In this document: piece after piece, positions 60,634 through 64,000 of the stretch
Layout of the letters: each line of letters opens with the position of its first letter
Numbering within the stretch: the first letter of the stretch is position 1
The notes under the pieces: generated by a model
The model's input: the letters and a program-made list of their open reading frames with translations, nothing else
What the model was told of the DNA's origin: nothing
Databases searched by the model: none
Program-made: the position numbers and the translations under genes
Source: Polyangiaceae bacterium
GTDB lineage: Bacteria; Myxococcota_A; Polyangia; Polyangiales; Polyangiaceae
Direction: 5' to 3'
Assembly: GCA_044376115.1 (NCBI GenBank)
Contig: JBILLK010000005.1
Coordinates: 32,001-96,000, forward strand
DNA length: 64,000 bases

Positions 60634-61593
60634 ATGTCGACCGCAGGCTTGTACCTGGTGCTTGCTGGACTTTCAGGTGTTCCGCTCGGAGTAACGTCAG
60701 AGCCCGACCTGGCAGCTGTTGCTGCTGCGTCGAGTCGTCCGAAGGAGTGCCAGATAAGCTCGAGGACGGGAAAGCCAACGTTCTGGCGAAAGGTTCGGTT
60801 CCCGCAGCAAGAACGATACTGCAACCTCGTAGCCAGAGCTCACATCGAGCTGCTCGAGGACGCTGGGCGAGCCCTCGCCTTCGCTGAAGAAGCGCAGGCC
60901 TTGTGGCCAGGTCGTCCAGGCGCGACTCTGGCGAAGGCTCGAGCGCTTTTGTTGCTGGGTAAGCCGGCTGAGGCACTCGAACTACTTGAGGCGGTTGAGC
61001 GCGTTGTCCCAGCATCCTTTGATGAACCGCGTGCGCTTTGGTCGCTGGCGCGCAGTCTCGCGCTGGGTGGCAAGCTCGATCGCGCAGAGACCGCCTATCG
61101 GAAGCTCGTGCCGCGTATCTCGCTCATGCGCCTGGAGGAGCGTGTCCAGGTCTTGGTGGAAGCGGCCTTCTTGCTCAGCGCGGTTGATGAGCAAGCGAAG
61201 GAGGGCAAGTCGACCGAAACCGGCCGTATTCAGGACGCTCTTTCGTTCCTTACGGAGGCACAGCGGGCGCGGGAAGGACTGCCGGATGTGCTGATAGCTA
61301 CCGCGTTGTTTCGCTTGCGCACAGGTGCGGGGCCCACCGCTGATATTGCCTGGGATGAGGCTGTTGCTTCAGTAGGCGCCAAGGCTTCCTCGAGCCGTGC
61401 GCTATCGGATGCGGACAGGCTTGTCAGCGAGGCGATTAGCCTCGCGGCGAAGGATAGTGCAAGTGCAGCGGCGCGACTGGAATCAGCTGCGAAGGCCACC
61501 TCCAGCGTCCCTTTTGGGGAGGCGCTTCGCGCGAAAGCAAAAGCGCTGGGGCGGCTGGGCAGCGGATCTTTAGCGAAAGTAAAAGTCCGGTGA
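60634..61593 (+). CDS. Exported TPR-like protein
   Basis: Hydrophobic N-terminus, Ala/Leu-rich helical repeats; TGATG overlap with next gene. Confidence 0.7.
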   Translation: MSTAGLYLVLAGLSGVPLGVTSEPDLAAVAAASSRPKECQISSRTGKPTFWRKVRFPQQERYCNLVARAHIELLEDAGRALAFAEEAQALWPGRPGATLAKARALLLLGKPAEALELLEAVERVVPASFDEPRALWSLARSLALGGKLDRAETAYRKLVPRISLMRLEERVQVLVEAAFLLSAVDEQAKEGKSTETGRIQDALSFLTEAQRAREGLPDVLIATALFRLRTGAGPTADIAWDEAVASVGAKASSSRALSDADRLVSEAISLAAKDSASAAARLESAAKATSSVPFGEALRAKAKALGRLGSGSLAKVKVR

Positions 61594-62588
61594 TGCGCGC
61601 GACTTGGTTGGTCACGGTTGGCGTTTGCCTGTCGGTCTCGATTGCCGAGGCAGCACCCACTCGTTGGCAGCGTATGCGCCTGCCTTCCACCAGCGAGGAA
61701 GAGCGTCTGATCGAGCAGACCGAAGAGCGTCTGCTGGACCACCAAAAGGATGAAACGAGCACCTTCGCCGAAACGCTAATGGCAGAGGATGCACAGCTGT
61801 ATAAGGCGCGCGCAGAACTCGAGCAGGCTAAGGCAAGCTCCTCCAACAATTGGAAGATTCGGCTCTTGTACGGCAAAGTCATGTTCGGCTTGGCTCAATG
61901 GGAGGCAGCAAGGGAGGCCTTCTCTTGGGTGGTTGATAACGCCGTTGTGCCAGAGCCGGTCAAGGTCGACGCTTACTCAGACCTCGCCATTGCCGAGGCT
62001 AGGACTGGTAATCAACAGCGCGAGGTGGAGACCTACGAGCGCGGTATCGCCCTCGAGCCCATGCCCGCAGCTCGTTCGACCATGATGGCGAATCAAGCCG
62101 AGGCGTTCATGGTCAGCGGGCTGATCGAGCGAGCCATCGAGGGATACCGTGGTGCCGTTGAACTGCTCAGCTTCGCGGATCAACGCACAGCGTTCTTGGC
62201 ATCGCCCACCACGTACTGGAGTCTGGGTGTGGCGCTGGACCGTGCTGGCGACTTGGAGGCGGCTCTCATCAACATTGAGCGCGCTCGAGCCTTCGACCCG
62301 AAGGACCAAATGTTGTCCGGGTCGAATTGGTTCTTCGTGCCCCCTTATGACGAGGCCTACTACAGAGCGCTAGGGCACTGGTTAACGGCGCGACGAGCCA
62401 CCGACATCGAGACCAAAGTAGCTGCACTCGAAGGGTGCGTAATCGCTTGGAGGCGTTATCTTGCGGCTGCTGCGCCTGCGGACCACTGGCTGGCAGTAGC
62501 GCGCAGTCGATTGGCTCTTGCGGAAAATGAGTTTAGAGCCGCTCAAATAGTTGCATCCACTCCAACGCCAACCAGCGCTCTTGATTAG
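61593..62588 (+). CDS. Exported TPR protein
   Basis: Signal peptide (…IAEA); TPR motifs such as 'YERGIALEP' and 'LGVALDRAGD'. Confidence 0.78.
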   Translation: MRATWLVTVGVCLSVSIAEAAPTRWQRMRLPSTSEEERLIEQTEERLLDHQKDETSTFAETLMAEDAQLYKARAELEQAKASSSNNWKIRLLYGKVMFGLAQWEAAREAFSWVVDNAVVPEPVKVDAYSDLAIAEARTGNQQREVETYERGIALEPMPAARSTMMANQAEAFMVSGLIERAIEGYRGAVELLSFADQRTAFLASPTTYWSLGVALDRAGDLEAALINIERARAFDPKDQMLSGSNWFFVPPYDEAYYRALGHWLTARRATDIETKVAALEGCVIAWRRYLAAAAPADHWLAVARSRLALAENEFRAAQIVASTPTPTSALD

Positions 62589-62748
62589 CGGCGGCCAGGC
62601 CTCTTCATACGAGGTTTGAGTGTGGGGAGATGCCCGCCACTTTTGTCGCGGTGTTGGTTGCCATTCGTGCAATCAGCGCCACCATGCACCTGGATTGCCC
62701 TACGCTCTGACACGCGATCTCTCGTTCTGAGTGGTCGAAGGATCCGCG

Positions 62749-63879
62749 ATGACTTCTGACGGTTCCCGAGAGTCACTGTTTGACGGCCCAGTAATCTGGC
62801 GAGGAAGGCCCGCGCGCCTTGCGGTCCCGCCCTTGTGCAAGTGGGGAGCGATCGTCTTTGCCTTCGTTTCGGCCTCGACGCTTCTGGGGGCCGTTGCGGT
62901 TTCGATGTTATTGAGCGCGAATGTGGGGGAGATGATGCTCTTCTCCGCCTGGTTTGCGGCAATGGCTGTGGGGCTGTGGCGGGTGCCGCTTTGGTGGCGG
63001 GCTGAGCTCGAGTACTTCATTACCGACCGCAGCATCATCGTTCAGCGTGGCCGTTATCGGAGGTTCATCGACCGACGAACAATCAGCTTCGCGCGAATTC
63101 AATGGGACCCACATCGCGCGGACGTGGGCGATCTCGAGCTCGTCCGAGCCGTCCCGGCAGGGGCCCTCATGCGTCGAATCACGATTGAGCTTCACGGGCT
63201 TGTCGGTCCTGACAGAGTGTGGGCGTTCGCGCGGGGCGTCACGCCAGCCGCTCCCGCGGGAGATGGCCAGCGATTGTTGGCACAGCGTCTTGATGAGGGT
63301 GAGCGCGTGTTGTGGTCTGCCCATCCGGCTCGCCACTGGACTCGCCTGCTCCCAACCAACGTCAGGGGGGGGCTCTCGGCCGGTTTGGGTTTGCTACTCG
63401 TAGTCGCTGCTGTGATGGCCGCGGTCGATGCGCTTCACGGGGTTGGCAAAGTCTTGGGCACTGGGCTCTCGCCTGGCAGCTTCTCCTTTGTCGTACTCGT
63501 GGCTGCCGTCGCAATCAGTGTTGCGTTGCTAGCCGCTTCAGCGGTGTTTGTGATGTACGCAAGCCTCGTCAAGCCAGCTCGCCTCGAACGGGCGACTCGC
63601 TATCTCATTACCGACCGCCGAGTGCTCATCCAGCGCGGACCAGAGGAGCTGCACCTGGAGCGTGATCGTATCGTCGACGTCATCGATGCTCCGGCTCTAG
63701 GCGGGAAGAAGGACCTCTTCTTGGTGCTGAGCGGGCCTCGCGCTCGAGGGCTCGCGCTGAGCGGTGGTTTTGGTGAAGAGGCGGGTGCAGGTCTTCAGCC
63801 CGTGCTGAAGTTCGTCGAGGACTCTGATGCGGTCCAGAAGCTGCTCAAGTCAGCGCCAGACGTTCCCATGGCTGCGTGA
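62749..63879 (+). CDS. Membrane protein with duplicated TM-hairpin plus bacterial PH-like module
   Basis: Two halves, each 'VxWxxxP' then two TM helices then 'YxITDRxxxxQRG'. Confidence 0.75.
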   Translation: MTSDGSRESLFDGPVIWRGRPARLAVPPLCKWGAIVFAFVSASTLLGAVAVSMLLSANVGEMMLFSAWFAAMAVGLWRVPLWWRAELEYFITDRSIIVQRGRYRRFIDRRTISFARIQWDPHRADVGDLELVRAVPAGALMRRITIELHGLVGPDRVWAFARGVTPAAPAGDGQRLLAQRLDEGERVLWSAHPARHWTRLLPTNVRGGLSAGLGLLLVVAAVMAAVDALHGVGKVLGTGLSPGSFSFVVLVAAVAISVALLAASAVFVMYASLVKPARLERATRYLITDRRVLIQRGPEELHLERDRIVDVIDAPALGGKKDLFLVLSGPRARGLALSGGFGEEAGAGLQPVLKFVEDSDAVQKLLKSAPDVPMAA

Positions 63880-63899
63880 CAGCTCGTCATCGCCTTTGC

Positions 63900-63927
63900 T
63901 TGACGAAGTAGGGGTTGGCTCTATCCT
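63900..63927 (+). promoter_or_regulatory. Possible sigma70 promoter for a gene beyond the window
   Basis: TTGACG-N16-TATCCT in intergenic DNA. Confidence 0.3.
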
Positions 63928-64000
63928 GGGCCCCATTGGAGCCTTTGGTCGACATTGTACCGCTCGCCGAGAGTTCGGTGTTGGCGCGTCACTACGCTGA

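Overview
GC-rich bacterial chromosomal segment, almost certainly Myxococcota (Polyangiales-like), inferred from three Hanks kinases, PEGA/TPR proteins, a MYXO-CTERM motif and an AgmX/PglI-like protein. It holds about 45 densely packed genes. Housekeeping genes (truA, galE, proB, sppA, hydA, glyQS, gltB/gltD, purA, ubiB-like, peroxiredoxin) are mixed with envelope and signalling genes. I saw no rRNA, canonical tRNA, CRISPR array, integrase or transposase. The best candidate for an undescribed system is an orphan type VI secretion spike operon (53.2-58.4 kb). It has a sigma54-type promoter, vgrG, two coupled paralogous ABC/AAA_21-type ATPases that both lack the catalytic Glu and His, and a DUF1795-like chaperone, with a signal-less muramidase transcribed divergently. 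Other notable items: a 1865-aa possible polyprotein with an internal MYXO-CTERM, several other apparent pseudoenzymes, a cystathionine beta-synthase pseudogene, and a cloverleaf-like fold right after glyQS. All family calls come from motif recognition by eye, and no searches were run.
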